In this document: one piece after another, positions 11,572 through 21,358 of the stretch
Layout: each line of letters opens with the position of its first letter
Numbering within the stretch: the stretch's first letter is position 1
Assembly (NCBI GenBank): GCA_038065055.1
Contig: JBBTRT010000004.1
Coordinates: forward strand, 13,677-77,676
Source: Patescibacteria group bacterium
GTDB taxonomy: Bacteria > Patescibacteriota > Microgenomatia > UBA1400 > CG1-02-47-37
Length of the DNA: 64,000 nucleotides
Reading direction: 5' to 3'
The notes under the pieces: generated by a model
What the model saw: only the letters and a program-made list of their open reading frames with translations
Database searches by the model: none
Told to the model about the DNA's origin: nothing
Position numbers and translations under genes: made by a program

Positions 11572-12051
11572 ATGCCAAGAGTCAAAAAAGTCATCCACCG
11601 CCTTATCAAAGCCGATCCGCTTTTAAACAATCGCCAGATTGCTAAATTAATCAATAAAATTATGATTGATGGCAAAAAGTCCGTCGCTCAAAAACATGTC
11701 TATGCCACTTTGGAACAGATAAAAGTCAAAACCAAGCTGGATCCCTTGACTGTTTTGCGTCAGGCTTTGGACAACATTAAACCCAACATGGAAGTCCGCT
11801 CCCGCCGTGTTGGCGGCGCCGCCTACCAGGTACCGATGCCGGTTCGGGGGGATCGCCGCGACTCTTTAGGCGTGCGTTGGCTGATTGCCGCCGCTAAAAG
11901 TCGGCCTAACCGCGAATTTCATCATTTTTCCGAAAAATTAACCGCTGAAATTTTAGATGCCGCCAACAATCAAGGCGGCGCCGTGGACAAGAAAAATCAA
12001 ATCCACAAAATGGCCGAAGCCAACAAGGCTTTCAGTCATTTTCATTGGTAG
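11572..12051 (+). CDS. rpsG: 30S ribosomal protein S7
   Basis: S7 family sequence, directly after rpsL. Confidence 0.95.
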   Translation: MPRVKKVIHRLIKADPLLNNRQIAKLINKIMIDGKKSVAQKHVYATLEQIKVKTKLDPLTVLRQALDNIKPNMEVRSRRVGGAAYQVPMPVRGDRRDSLGVRWLIAAAKSRPNREFHHFSEKLTAEILDAANNQGGAVDKKNQIHKMAEANKAFSHFHW

Positions 12052-12114
12052 TATTGATATATCAACCCTTTTTGGCATTTAACTTCAATTTATTTTCGGG
12101 TAAAATTAGGTTAG

Positions 12115-12951
12115 ATGCAAATCTGCCAACAATGTCAAAAGGTTTTAAAATCAGGTCAGGAAAAATTTTGCTCGAAAAATTGTAAATCCGAGAGTCAAAA
12201 AAAGAGAATTATACTCAAGTGTTCTGGTTGTAATAAAGAAATTTCGATTTTACCCTGCTTAAAAAGAAAAGCAAATTATTGTTCGAGGGCTTGTTATTGG
12301 AATACTAATAACAAAAAGTTCCTTAAAAAATGTTCAATTTGCAAAAAAAGTTTTTTAGTCAAAAAATATTTAGTTGATCAAGGTTACGGAATTTATTGCA
12401 GTAGGAAATGTCTTAATAAAACGTATCCAAAAAAAATAATAAAAAAATGTCTTCAATGCGGTCTTATTCTTAAAATTCAACCATCAAAAAGCCCTCTTGT
12501 TAAATTTTGTAGCAAGGAATGCCATGATGATTATATGCGTGATTACGTTGAAAAAATTTGCCGAAATTGCCATCAAAAATTTAAACTTCCGCGCTGGGAA
12601 TTAAATAAAGGCAAAGGCAGCTTTTGCTGCCGTGATTGTTTTATCCAATATAAAGGTGAAACCACTATTGAGAAAAAAGTCCGCCAGGCTCTAGAAAAAA
12701 GTAATTTAAAATTTAAACAGGAGTTTAAAATCGGTATTTACCGGGCAGATTTTCTCATTCAAGGGAAGAAAATGATTATTGAATGTGACGGTGATTACTG
12801 GCATAAAATTCCGGGCGCCATAGACAGAGATTTGCGGAAAGACAAATATTTAACCAATTTGAGCTATAAAATAATCAGAATTACTGAAAGTCGTATTAGA
12901 AAGTTGTCGTTAAGCCAACTGACAAAGGAAATTTCGGGTAGAATCAATTAA
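12115..12951 (+). CDS. Multi-zinc-ribbon protein fused to a DUF559/Vsr-like (PD-(D/E)XK-fold) endonuclease domain
   Basis: Five FCSxxC / CxxC..C ribbon repeats (TRASH/FCS-like). C-terminal IYRADFLI...IIECDGDYWH motif (ExDGxxWH), typical of DUF559/Vsr endonucleases. Confidence 0.6.
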   Translation: MQICQQCQKVLKSGQEKFCSKNCKSESQKKRIILKCSGCNKEISILPCLKRKANYCSRACYWNTNNKKFLKKCSICKKSFLVKKYLVDQGYGIYCSRKCLNKTYPKKIIKKCLQCGLILKIQPSKSPLVKFCSKECHDDYMRDYVEKICRNCHQKFKLPRWELNKGKGSFCCRDCFIQYKGETTIEKKVRQALEKSNLKFKQEFKIGIYRADFLIQGKKMIIECDGDYWHKIPGAIDRDLRKDKYLTNLSYKIIRITESRIRKLSLSQLTKEISGRIN

Positions 12952-13472
12952 TGAAAAAAATCGCTTTATTTTTTCAATCAAAATCTTTTAAAAAAATCAC
13001 CCTGGTTATCTCAGTTATATTTATTATTGCCAGTTTTTTTGTGGCCCTGGACCCGCGCCCGTTTTTGCGTTTTGGCTACTTAGGGATTTTTGTTTACAAT
13101 TTTTTTGGCACCGGTATTGTTCTCGTCCCGGTTTTTTCCCGCTACTATAATGTAATTTTAGTCGCTTTTTTTGCCGCCCTGGGCATGTCTCTAAACGACA
13201 CGGTTTCCTGGTATGCCGGCAAAACCGGCCAGATTATTTTACCTCCGAGCCCCAGAATGCTTCGGATTCATGACCAAATTACCCGTTACGGCCCTTGGGC
13301 GATCTTTTTTTGGGCTTTAATTCCGTTTCCGTTTGATATTATTGCCGTTGCCGCCGGCTATCTCCAACTGCCGTTTTGGCGCTTTTTAATTCCCATGTTT
13401 CTCGGCCGCTTTGTCCGCTTTATCCTCTTAGGCTCCGGCTCTATTGCCATTTGGGGAAAAATTCCTTTTTAA
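12951..13472 (+). CDS. Small integral membrane protein, DedA/VTT-family-like
   Basis: Four or five predicted TM helices. LNDTVSWYAGKTG resembles the DedA G(D/N)xxxYxxG motif. Confidence 0.45.
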   Translation: MKKIALFFQSKSFKKITLVISVIFIIASFFVALDPRPFLRFGYLGIFVYNFFGTGIVLVPVFSRYYNVILVAFFAALGMSLNDTVSWYAGKTGQIILPPSPRMLRIHDQITRYGPWAIFFWALIPFPFDIIAVAAGYLQLPFWRFLIPMFLGRFVRFILLGSGSIAIWGKIPF

Positions 13473-13492
13473 TCCTTGTTTTATTGTATGTC

Positions 13493-13520
13493 TTGAAAAA
13501 ATAATAAATCTTGCTATACT
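13493..13520 (+). promoter_or_regulatory. Putative promoter TTGAAA-N16-TATACT (leaderless) for the 13529 gene
   Basis: -10 ends 8 nt before the ATG at 13529. Confidence 0.35.
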
Positions 13521-13528
13521 GCCATTTT

Positions 13529-13984
13529 ATGACTGATAAAACACAATCAAAAGTATTACTTCACGTTGAAGACTCTCAATCTCATTTGGAAATAGTTCAA
13601 GAGATAGCCAAGGAATTAAATTTGCGATTAATTCAGTTTTCAACAACTGATGGAGTAGAAGAAGCTATCAAAACTGGCGGAGTTAATTTTCTGTTAACCG
13701 ACCTTCATGTTGGTAGAGAAAGACAAGCCGGTTATGCAATTGCTCGGCTAGGAAGTGAGTGTGGAGTTAAATGGGTGATGATTGCTTCAGAATCAGAATC
13801 TCCCTCCCAAGTTGTTTCCGGAGTTAAAATGATGACTAAGGAAAATGCTTATCAAGCCTTGATTGCTAAAGTTGCCAGACAAGAAGAAGTTGCTGAGATT
13901 TGGGGGAAAATTAGAAAAGAACATTGGGCCGAATTTAACCAAGAATGGAATCGATCAATAATCAGGGCAGAGTCGGAAATTTAA
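13529..13984 (+). CDS. Stand-alone degenerate receiver (CheY-like) domain protein
   Basis: VLLHVEDS...FLLTDLHV...VMIAS layout resembles REC motifs (acidic pair, phospho-acceptor Asp, conserved Ser/Thr). ATG chosen over the ORF-track TTG at 13511. Confidence 0.35.
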   Translation: MTDKTQSKVLLHVEDSQSHLEIVQEIAKELNLRLIQFSTTDGVEEAIKTGGVNFLLTDLHVGRERQAGYAIARLGSECGVKWVMIASESESPSQVVSGVKMMTKENAYQALIAKVARQEEVAEIWGKIRKEHWAEFNQEWNRSIIRAESEI

Positions 13985-14035
13985 TTGATCTAGTAATTCA
14001 TTGACTAATAATTTTTTTACGCTCATAATTAATTT

Positions 14036-14509
14036 ATGTTAAAACTTCTGCTCGTGGTTTTAAGTTTCTTTTTCCTCAGTGTCACTTCAGTCTTCGCTTC
14101 CGGTTTTCAGTTAAAAGCCATCGGCGCTCTGGACGTTACCGGCGCGGTTTCCAAAGAATGGTGGTATTCCACCGCTAATCCGCGCTTGTCCGGTATCACT
14201 CCGGTCGGTTCGGCCGTGACCGTAAAAATCGACGGTACCGATAATTCCGCCACCGTCGACGGTTCCGGTAATTGGACTTATTCGCCTACAACCTTAACCA
14301 ACGGCGACCACGCTCTCGTTATTAGTTCAACCGCCGGTTCCAAAACCTTTACCCTTCATATTGGCACTGTTCCCGCCACGGTTACGGCCCCGGTTACCTC
14401 GTCCACTCCGGTCGTCGGCACTCGGGAGGTCACCCTCGCCCTCTGGCTCGGCGCCGGCGTCTTCCTTGTTTCCGGCATTCTGCTTTACCCCGGTAAACAA
14501 TCCGCCTAA
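14036..14509 (+). CDS. Secreted protein with bacterial Ig-like domain and C-terminal hydrophobic anchor
   Basis: Signal peptide MLKLLLVVLSFFFLSVTSVFASG. Thr/Ser-rich beta-sandwich-like middle. C-terminal TM segment plus a short basic tail. Confidence 0.5.
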   Translation: MLKLLLVVLSFFFLSVTSVFASGFQLKAIGALDVTGAVSKEWWYSTANPRLSGITPVGSAVTVKIDGTDNSATVDGSGNWTYSPTTLTNGDHALVISSTAGSKTFTLHIGTVPATVTAPVTSSTPVVGTREVTLALWLGAGVFLVSGILLYPGKQSA

Positions 14510-14512
14510 CCC

Positions 14513-15172
14513 ATGGATCAATCAACCAATACACTACCAGTAGCGTCTCCCCAAAAACCTTTCCCTAAATGGCCGTTTATTGCCATTTTTTCTTTTCTCC
14601 TCGGCATCGCCTCGGTCTTTGCCTACCAAAAGTTACAGCCTTCAAGGATAATCCCTGAAGGTCCGTCACTGAGCCCCTCGGCTGTTTTACCGTTACCCTC
14701 AGTTGATCCCACCGCCAACTGGAAAACGTATACCAATACTACATATAAATTAGCATTTAAGTACCCTCAGAATTTCAAATTTGAAGAAACAACTCTAGGT
14801 TTTCCTAATGTTGAGTGGACAGGAAGTATTACTAATCCTAAAAATATAGTTAGCCAAAATACTAAAATATGGGATATCTTAGGTATTAGTATAGCAGTTC
14901 GTGGGAAAAGGGGTTTACTTTTTGAAGAATGGATTAAAGATGAATGTCCAACTGATTTAAAAGATATGTCTGAATTTAATATTGGAAATAAGGCAGCAAA
15001 AATATTTGTTTGTTCAATAGGTAGTACCGATGTTGAAAAAATTGATTGGAAGATAGTAGCTATTGATAACGGAACTTATATTTATACATTATCCAATAAT
15101 GGATACAATCGAAATGTAGAATTGGATAAAATCTTTAATCTCATCCTCTCCACCTTTAAATTCACCGATTAA
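14513..15172 (+). CDS. Membrane-anchored hypothetical protein (paralog 1 of 2)
   Basis: MDQ start, one TM, a Pro/Ser linker, WKTYTN...FKYP motif, C-terminal ILSTFKF. Paralogous to 15670..16533. Confidence 0.55.
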   Translation: MDQSTNTLPVASPQKPFPKWPFIAIFSFLLGIASVFAYQKLQPSRIIPEGPSLSPSAVLPLPSVDPTANWKTYTNTTYKLAFKYPQNFKFEETTLGFPNVEWTGSITNPKNIVSQNTKIWDILGISIAVRGKRGLLFEEWIKDECPTDLKDMSEFNIGNKAAKIFVCSIGSTDVEKIDWKIVAIDNGTYIYTLSNNGYNRNVELDKIFNLILSTFKFTD

Positions 15173-15186
15173 TGTATAATTAACCT

Positions 15187-15456
15187 ATGAATAAAACCAT
15201 GACACCGGTCTTGCGTTATAATGCTGTTTTTGAATCCTGCGACGAAGGGGGGTTTACTGTAACTGTTCCCAAACTTCCTGGTTTGGTAACTGAGGGCAAT
15301 ACTTACGAAAAAGCTTTAGCCAACGTTCAAGACGCCATTGCCGGCTATTTATTGGTTTTAAATGAAGCTGGCGAAGATTTGCCCGATCCTGATGAAAAAG
15401 TTTTTACTACGCCGGTTGATTTTAAATTTACCGGCGCCGGTTTTGCGGTTTGTTAA
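15187..15456 (+). CDS. hicB: HicB-family antitoxin (UPF0150)
   Basis: YNAVFESCDEGGFTVTVPKLPGLVTEGNTYEKALANVQDAIAGYL matches the HicB N-terminal domain. Confidence 0.7.
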   Translation: MNKTMTPVLRYNAVFESCDEGGFTVTVPKLPGLVTEGNTYEKALANVQDAIAGYLLVLNEAGEDLPDPDEKVFTTPVDFKFTGAGFAVC

Positions 15457-15459
15457 TTT

Positions 15460-15666
15460 ATGCCTAAACTGCCCGTTTTGAAACCTAAAGCCATGGTTAA
15501 ATTTCTCCAGCAAAACGGTTTCCAACCACTTCGTCAAATTGGTAGTCACCTGCATTTATATCATCAAGAGTTTAAGCTTCGTGTTACCGTACCGATGCAT
15601 AATAAAGACTTAAAAAGAAAAACTCTTATTAGTATTTTCCGTCAGGCTAAGATAAAATATAACTAA
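15460..15666 (+). CDS. hicA: HicA-family toxin (YcfA-like mRNA interferase)
   Basis: MPKLPVLKPKAMVKFLQQNGF...QIGSHLHLYH...TVPMHNKDLKRKTL is the canonical HicA pattern (GSH..., VP.H). Confidence 0.75.
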   Translation: MPKLPVLKPKAMVKFLQQNGFQPLRQIGSHLHLYHQEFKLRVTVPMHNKDLKRKTLISIFRQAKIKYN

Positions 15667-15669
15667 CCC

Positions 15670-16533
15670 ATGGATCAACCAGTTTCTGTCCCACCAATTT
15701 CAGCCTCACCTTCTGCCACTCCCGCACCCCCCAAAAAATCTTACAAGTGGTTAATAATATCAATAATTGCTTTTCTTCTGGCCTCCGCCTCGGTTTTTGG
15801 CTATAAATACTACCAAGTAAAACAACAAGTAGCACAACCTCAAGCTTCACCGGCAATAAGTCCGAGCCCGTCTGTCGCCGCCGTTATTGCCCCGGATGAC
15901 CCTTTTGCCGGTTGGCTAACCTACACCAATTCTGTTCACCACCTCAGTTTTAAATATCCTGACACCTGGCAAATAGATAAAACCAGTGATTCCGAAGCAA
16001 TCAATGCCGCCCTGACTTTAACTAAAGCCGACGCCAAAATTAAAATGAATTTCAAGATGGACGGTATCGGCGGCCAAGGCGAAACTCTCGCCGGCAAACC
16101 GTTTATTTTAGACGGCCATAATCTGTATCGCTATGAAGCCGAGAATACTTACTCCAACACTCAAATTATTGGTATTACTGATCAACTCACTGACAGTCTT
16201 GGCTTTTTTAAAATCAATAACGCCACCTATTCCCTGGCCTTAAATTATCCCAGCAGCTATTTCCAAACTCCTTACGGCGCCACTTTAGTCGAGGAGTTTA
16301 TCCTAATCCTCTCAACCTTCAAATTTTTAGGTACAGATACCGGAGCGTGCCAACCTACCTTTCCGGTAGAAACCAATGCTCAGGAAATGACCGCCAGTCA
16401 AAATTATGCGCTTGAATGTACTTTAAAAAAGACAGCCGTGGATTGTCTGTCTGTCGATATTTATAACCGTCAAACCAAAGATTTTTCCCAGCCTGACGGC
16501 GAACCAGACTGCCGCTGGACAAATAGCCTCTAA
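15670..16533 (+). CDS. Membrane-anchored hypothetical protein (paralog 2 of 2)
   Basis: Same architecture and motifs (MDQ, TM, WLTYTN, FKYP, ILSTFKF) as 14513..15172. Confidence 0.55.
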   Translation: MDQPVSVPPISASPSATPAPPKKSYKWLIISIIAFLLASASVFGYKYYQVKQQVAQPQASPAISPSPSVAAVIAPDDPFAGWLTYTNSVHHLSFKYPDTWQIDKTSDSEAINAALTLTKADAKIKMNFKMDGIGGQGETLAGKPFILDGHNLYRYEAENTYSNTQIIGITDQLTDSLGFFKINNATYSLALNYPSSYFQTPYGATLVEEFILILSTFKFLGTDTGACQPTFPVETNAQEMTASQNYALECTLKKTAVDCLSVDIYNRQTKDFSQPDGEPDCRWTNSL

Positions 16534-16534
16534 A

Positions 16535-16975
16535 TTAATCGTTTAGCAACGCTACAATTTTAACCTCTTTTACCGTTTGCTCATTCTCCTTAATTCTTAA
16601 TTCTACCGATTGACCAGCTTCGCTAAACTTAAATTTTGCCCTGCCGCCAGGGTTTACTGCCTGTCCCGGAGATACAACCACTCCTTGATCAGTGGTATAT
16701 TCATTATCACCCCACAGTATTTTATTGTCTTCTTGCCAAACTTCGACTTCATTGCCAGAATCACTGGTAATAGCAATGCCATTAGTCAATCCTAACTGAG
16801 TGAAAAAAATCCTATTTTTACCGGATTCCCAAAGGTCAACATCACTATCAGGCCAACCAGTAGTTGTTAATGGATGTTCTGTCCAGTCTCGCCTTCCTTC
16901 CCGCTCTTTACCATGCTCATAATAAAAATCTCTGCTTCGGGCAGAGACAAGCTTAATATACCGCGCTCTCGACAA
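16535..16975 (-). CDS. Hypothetical protein
   Basis: 146-aa ORF convergent with the paralog pair. No recognisable family. Confidence 0.35.
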   Translation of the reverse strand: MSRARYIKLVSARSRDFYYEHGKEREGRRDWTEHPLTTTGWPDSDVDLWESGKNRIFFTQLGLTNGIAITSDSGNEVEVWQEDNKILWGDNEYTTDQGVVVSPGQAVNPGGRAKFKFSEAGQSVELRIKENEQTVKEVKIVALLND

Positions 16976-16989
16976 AAGTCAAGGGGTTG

Positions 16990-17012
16990 TGGTACAATTC
17001 TTCCATCTAAGC
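16990..17012 (+). promoter_or_regulatory. Putative extended -10 promoter (TGgTACAAT) upstream of fusA
   Basis: GTTGTGGTACAATTC, about 45 nt upstream of the fusA ATG. Confidence 0.3.
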
Positions 17013-17049
17013 TCAAACTGCTTGAGAGGGCAGTTTTTTATTTGTAAAA

Positions 17050-19188
17050 ATGACTGACCAATCGGTAACTTCCAAAAAACGCCACGTCCCTCTGGATAAA
17101 ATCCGGAACATCGGCATTATTGCCCACATCGATGCCGGGAAAACCACCACCACCGAGCGGATTTTGTTTTATACCGGCAAGTCCTACAAAATCGGGGATA
17201 TCGATGCCGGTACTACCCAGATGGACTGGATGGAACAGGAAAAAGAGCGGGGTATTACTATTGTTTCTGCCGCCACCACCGCTTTTTGGACCCCGACCAT
17301 GCCCGGCGCTGTCGAACCGGTTGAGCACCGCATTAACATTATCGATACTCCCGGTCATGTTGACTTTACCGCCGAAGTCGAGCGTTCCCTCCGCGTTTTA
17401 GACGGCGGTATTACGGTTTTGGATGCCGAAGAAGGCGTTCAATCCCAATCCGAAACCGTCTGGCATCAGGCCGATAAATACAATGTTCCCCGCCTTTGTT
17501 TTGTCAATAAAATGGATAAATTAGGCGCTGACTTCCTGGCGACCGTCCAGGATATTAAAGAACGCCTCGGTGCCAACCCGGCCATCATGGCCCTGCCGAT
17601 CGGGTCAGAATCTTCTTTTAAAGGCGTCGTTTTACTCTTGGATCAAAAAGCTCTGGTTTGGAAAGGCGACGAAACCGGCGCCAAATACGAAGCAGTCGCG
17701 ATTCCCGAAGACATGGCCAATGAGGTAAAAGAGTACCGCGCCAAATTAATCGAACAAATTTCCGAGCACGACGATGTTTTGCTCCAGCAATTTTTAGACG
17801 GCCAGGAGCCGGACTTAAAAGCTTTAAAACTGGCTTTAAGAAAAGCCGTCATTGCCTACAAATTAGTCCCGATTTTTTGCGGCAGTTCTTTAAGGAATAA
17901 AGGCGTTCAGCCCTTATTGGATGCCGTTGTCGATTATCTTCCCAGCCCGGTGGATATCACCGATGTTGTCGGCACCAATCCCAAGACCCAGGCTGAAGAA
18001 ACCCGTTCTCACGGTGAAGATTCGCCTTTTTCCGGCCTCGCCTTCAAAGTTCAAACCGACCCTCATGTGGGCCGGTTAACCTATGTGCGGATTTACTCCG
18101 GCACTTTGAAATCCGGCAGTTATGTTTTAAACGCCGCTAAAAATGCCAAAGAACGCGTCGGCCGTTTGCTTTTAATGCACGCCAATAACCGCGAAGAAAT
18201 CAGCGAAGCTTTTGCCGGTGAAATTGTCGCTATTGTTGGTTTGAAACAAACCACCACCGGCGACACTCTATGCGTTGATACCCACCCGATTGTTCTCGAA
18301 GGCATTTCCTTTACCGACCCGGTTATTTCCTTAGCCATCGAGCCCAAAACTAAATCCGACCAGGAAAAAATGGGTTTTGCCCTCAATCGCTTGTCTGAAG
18401 AAGACCCGACTTTTACCATTAAATCCAATCCCGAAACCGGCCAGACTATCATTTCCGGCATGGGCGAACTGCATTTGGATATTATTGTTGACCGGATGAA
18501 GCGCGAATTTCATGTCGAGGCCAACACCGGCCAGCCTCAGGTAGCCTACAAAGAAACCATCAAGAAAATTGCCAAAGCTGAAGGTAAGTATATTCGCCAG
18601 ACCGGCGGTCACGGCCAATATGGCCACTGTTTCTTAAGAATTGAACCGCGGGCTAGGGGCGAGGGTTACGAATTTGCCTCCGAAGTTACCGGCGGCCGCA
18701 TTCCGCGAGAATTTATTTCCCCGATTGAAAAAGGCGCCCGCGAAGCCATGGAAAACGGCGTTGTTGCCGGTTTCCCCTTGGTGGATATGAAAGTGATTGT
18801 TACCGACGGCTCTTACCACGACGTTGACTCCTCGGAAATTGCTTTCAAAATTGCCGGTTCCATGGCCTTGCAGTCAGCTGTCAAACAAGCCGACCCGGTT
18901 CTGTTAGAGCCGATTATGAAAGCCGAAGTTTCCACCCCGGATGAGTTTATGGGCGAAGTTATCGGCGATCTTTCCAGCAAGCGCGCCCAGATTTTAGGTA
19001 CCAGTAAGCGCGGTAAAATGACTATCATTACCGCCCTTGTCCCCTTGGCAGAATTGACTCAGTATGTTACTATCTTGAGGTCCATGACTCAAGGCCGGGC
19101 GAGCTTTTACATGGAGCCAAGTCATTATCAAGAGGTTCCGGCCAATATTACCGCCCAAATTATTGCTAAAACTAAGCCAACAGAGTAA
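17050..19188 (+). CDS. fusA: Elongation factor G
   Basis: [23 protein letters not shown] and a full five-domain length of 712 aa. Confidence 0.97.
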   Translation: MTDQSVTSKKRHVPLDKIRNIGIIAHIDAGKTTTTERILFYTGKSYKIGDIDAGTTQMDWMEQEKERGITIVSAATTAFWTPTMPGAVEPVEHRINIIDTPGHVDFTAEVERSLRVLDGGITVLDAEEGVQSQSETVWHQADKYNVPRLCFVNKMDKLGADFLATVQDIKERLGANPAIMALPIGSESSFKGVVLLLDQKALVWKGDETGAKYEAVAIPEDMANEVKEYRAKLIEQISEHDDVLLQQFLDGQEPDLKALKLALRKAVIAYKLVPIFCGSSLRNKGVQPLLDAVVDYLPSPVDITDVVGTNPKTQAEETRSHGEDSPFSGLAFKVQTDPHVGRLTYVRIYSGTLKSGSYVLNAAKNAKERVGRLLLMHANNREEISEAFAGEIVAIVGLKQTTTGDTLCVDTHPIVLEGISFTDPVISLAIEPKTKSDQEKMGFALNRLSEEDPTFTIKSNPETGQTIISGMGELHLDIIVDRMKREFHVEANTGQPQVAYKETIKKIAKAEGKYIRQTGGHGQYGHCFLRIEPRARGEGYEFASEVTGGRIPREFISPIEKGAREAMENGVVAGFPLVDMKVIVTDGSYHDVDSSEIAFKIAGSMALQSAVKQADPVLLEPIMKAEVSTPDEFMGEVIGDLSSKRAQILGTSKRGKMTIITALVPLAELTQYVTILRSMTQGRASFYMEPSHYQEVPANITAQIIAKTKPTE

Positions 19189-19231
19189 AATATGAATCAA
19201 GTAAAAAATAATTAAATTAAAAGGAGACAAA

Positions 19232-20410
19232 ATGGCAACTTTTCAAAGAACCAAGCCCCATCTTAATATCGGCACCATCGGTCACGTCGATCACGGCAAG
19301 ACCACTTTATCGGCCGCTATTACCCAATATTTATCCAAGAAAAACATGGCCACGGCCATGAAATTCGAGGATATTGATAAATCCCCCGAAGAAAAAGCCC
19401 GCGGGATCACGATTTCCATTACTCATTTGGAATACGAAACCGCCAAACGGCACTATGCCCACATCGACTGTCCGGGCCACAAAGACTACATCAAGAACAT
19501 GATTACCGGCGCCGCCCAAATGGATGGCGCGATCTTGGTGGTGGCCGCGACCGACGGTCCGATGCCGCAGACCCGCGAGCACATTTTATTGGCCCGCCAG
19601 GTCAACGTTCCGGCCTTGGTCGTGTTTTTAAACAAATGCGACAGCGTCGACGACAAAGAAATGATCGATTTGGTCGAAGAGGAAATTCGCGAGCTCTTAA
19701 CCAAATATGAATTTCCCGGCAAAGACATCCCGATCATCCGCGGCAGCGCCCTCAAAGCCCTTCAGGGTGATGCCGAGGCCGAGAAATCCATCGAGGCCTT
19801 ATTGAAAGCCATCGATGACTATATTCCCGAGCCGAAACGTGATTTGGACAAGCCGTTCTTAATGGCTGTCGAAGACGTTTTCTCGATTAAAGGTCGGGGT
19901 ACGGTTGTCACCGGTCGTATCGATCGCGGCAAAATTAAAGTCGGCGAAGAAATCGAAATCGTCGGCCTTAAAGCCGCCCGTAAATCCGTGGTTACCGGCG
20001 TCGAGATGTTTCGGAAACAGCTCGATGAAGGTTTAGCCGGGGATAACGTCGGCATTCTTTTGCGCGGCATTGAAAAAGATGATGTCGAGCGCGGTCAGGT
20101 TTTAGCCAAAGCCGGCAGCGTTACCGCTCACACCGAGTTTAGCGCCGAAGTCTACATTCTTTCCAAAGAAGAAGGCGGCCGGCATACTCCTTTCTTTACC
20201 GGGTATAAGCCCCAATTTTACATCCGCACGACCGATGTGACCGGTGAAGTCACCTTGGAAAAGGGTGTCGAAATGGTGATGCCGGGAGACAGCGCTAAAA
20301 TGACCGCCAAGTTAACCCAGCCGGTGGCTCTTGAAGAGGGCTTGCGGTTTGCTATCCGCGAAGGCGGTTTGACGGTTGGCGCCGGTGTGATCACTAAAAT
20401 TATTAAGTAA
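19232..20410 (+). CDS. tuf: Elongation factor Tu
   Basis: [22 protein letters not shown] motifs. SD AAAGGAGA 8 nt upstream. Confidence 0.97.
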   Translation: MATFQRTKPHLNIGTIGHVDHGKTTLSAAITQYLSKKNMATAMKFEDIDKSPEEKARGITISITHLEYETAKRHYAHIDCPGHKDYIKNMITGAAQMDGAILVVAATDGPMPQTREHILLARQVNVPALVVFLNKCDSVDDKEMIDLVEEEIRELLTKYEFPGKDIPIIRGSALKALQGDAEAEKSIEALLKAIDDYIPEPKRDLDKPFLMAVEDVFSIKGRGTVVTGRIDRGKIKVGEEIEIVGLKAARKSVVTGVEMFRKQLDEGLAGDNVGILLRGIEKDDVERGQVLAKAGSVTAHTEFSAEVYILSKEEGGRHTPFFTGYKPQFYIRTTDVTGEVTLEKGVEMVMPGDSAKMTAKLTQPVALEEGLRFAIREGGLTVGAGVITKIIK

Positions 20411-20436
20411 TAAAGTTAGCCAATTTAATTAAAAGT

Positions 20437-20460
20437 ACCCTTCGGCTTTAGGGTCGAAGG
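20437..20460 (+). promoter_or_regulatory. Stable hairpin in the tuf-rpsJ spacer (terminator/attenuator or S10 leader element)
   Basis: CCCTTCG-N10-CGAAGGG, followed by the GGGGAG SD of rpsJ. Confidence 0.35.
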
Positions 20461-20471
20461 GGAGATATTTT

Positions 20472-20780
20472 ATGCCAAAAGGCAGAATTAGAATCAGATT
20501 AAAATCATATGATCACCGGATCATTGATGAATGTTGCCAAAAAATTCTGGACACGGCTCTATCTACCGGTTCCAAAGTGGTCGGCCCGGTGCCTTTGCCC
20601 ACTAGCCGTAAATTAGTGGTTGTCACCAGCAGCCCGCACGCGAATAAAAATGCCCGGGAGCATTTTCAACTGCTGACCCATAAACGCCTGGTTGATATTA
20701 TTGACGCAACCGATAAAACCATCGATTCGCTGATGCACCTGGAATTGCCCGCCGGCGTTGGTATTGAAATTAGGATGTAA
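20472..20780 (+). CDS. rpsJ: 30S ribosomal protein S10
   Basis: S10 family; IRIRLKSYDHRIIDECCQKIL. Confidence 0.95.
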   Translation: MPKGRIRIRLKSYDHRIIDECCQKILDTALSTGSKVVGPVPLPTSRKLVVVTSSPHANKNAREHFQLLTHKRLVDIIDATDKTIDSLMHLELPAGVGIEIRM

Positions 20781-20785
20781 CCTCT

Positions 20786-21358
20786 ATGTTAGACACTTTT
20801 TACGCTGTTAAAATTAACACTACCCAAACCTTTGATTCCAAGGGGAAACGTTTGGCAATCACCCGGCTGAAGGCTTCGCCTTTAACCGTGGCCCAGGTCA
20901 AAACCAAAGCTAAAGACGGCTACCATGCCCTTAAATGCAGTTTTCCTAAAACCCTCAAAAAATCTTATCTTAAAGAAATTATTTTAGCTGATCTTCCCAC
21001 CCAAAAAACCGGCGACACCATCAAGGTCGCCGATATTTTTAAACCCGGCGATAGCCTTAAGGCCTCCGGTTTATCCATTGGCCGCGGTTTTAGCGGCGCT
21101 ATGAAACGCCATGGTTTTCACGGCGGCCCTAAAACTCATGGCCAGTCTGACCGCCAGCGTTCGCCCGGCTCCATCGGTATGCGGACCACTCCCGGCCGCG
21201 TCTGGAAAGGCCATCGCATGGCCGGCCACTACGGCCATGAAACCAAAACTATTATGAATTTATTGGTTTTCAATATTGACGAAGCAAAATCTATTTTAAC
21301 TGTCATTGGGACGGTTCCCGGTTCCCGCAACACCTTAATTAAATTATGTTTAAACTAA
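20786..21358 (+). CDS. rplC: 50S ribosomal protein L3
   Basis: L3 family in the conserved S10-operon position. Confidence 0.9.
   Translation: MLDTFYAVKINTTQTFDSKGKRLAITRLKASPLTVAQVKTKAKDGYHALKCSFPKTLKKSYLKEIILADLPTQKTGDTIKVADIFKPGDSLKASGLSIGRGFSGAMKRHGFHGGPKTHGQSDRQRSPGSIGMRTTPGRVWKGHRMAGHYGHETKTIMNLLVFNIDEAKSILTVIGTVPGSRNTLIKLCLN

Noticed and set aside
17038-20070. Antisense and alternate-frame ORFs within fusA and tuf (e.g. 17038..17358-, 18331..18627-, 19331..19582-)
   Set aside because: Overlap essential highly conserved genes; Gly/Pro-rich mirror translations typical of antisense artefacts.
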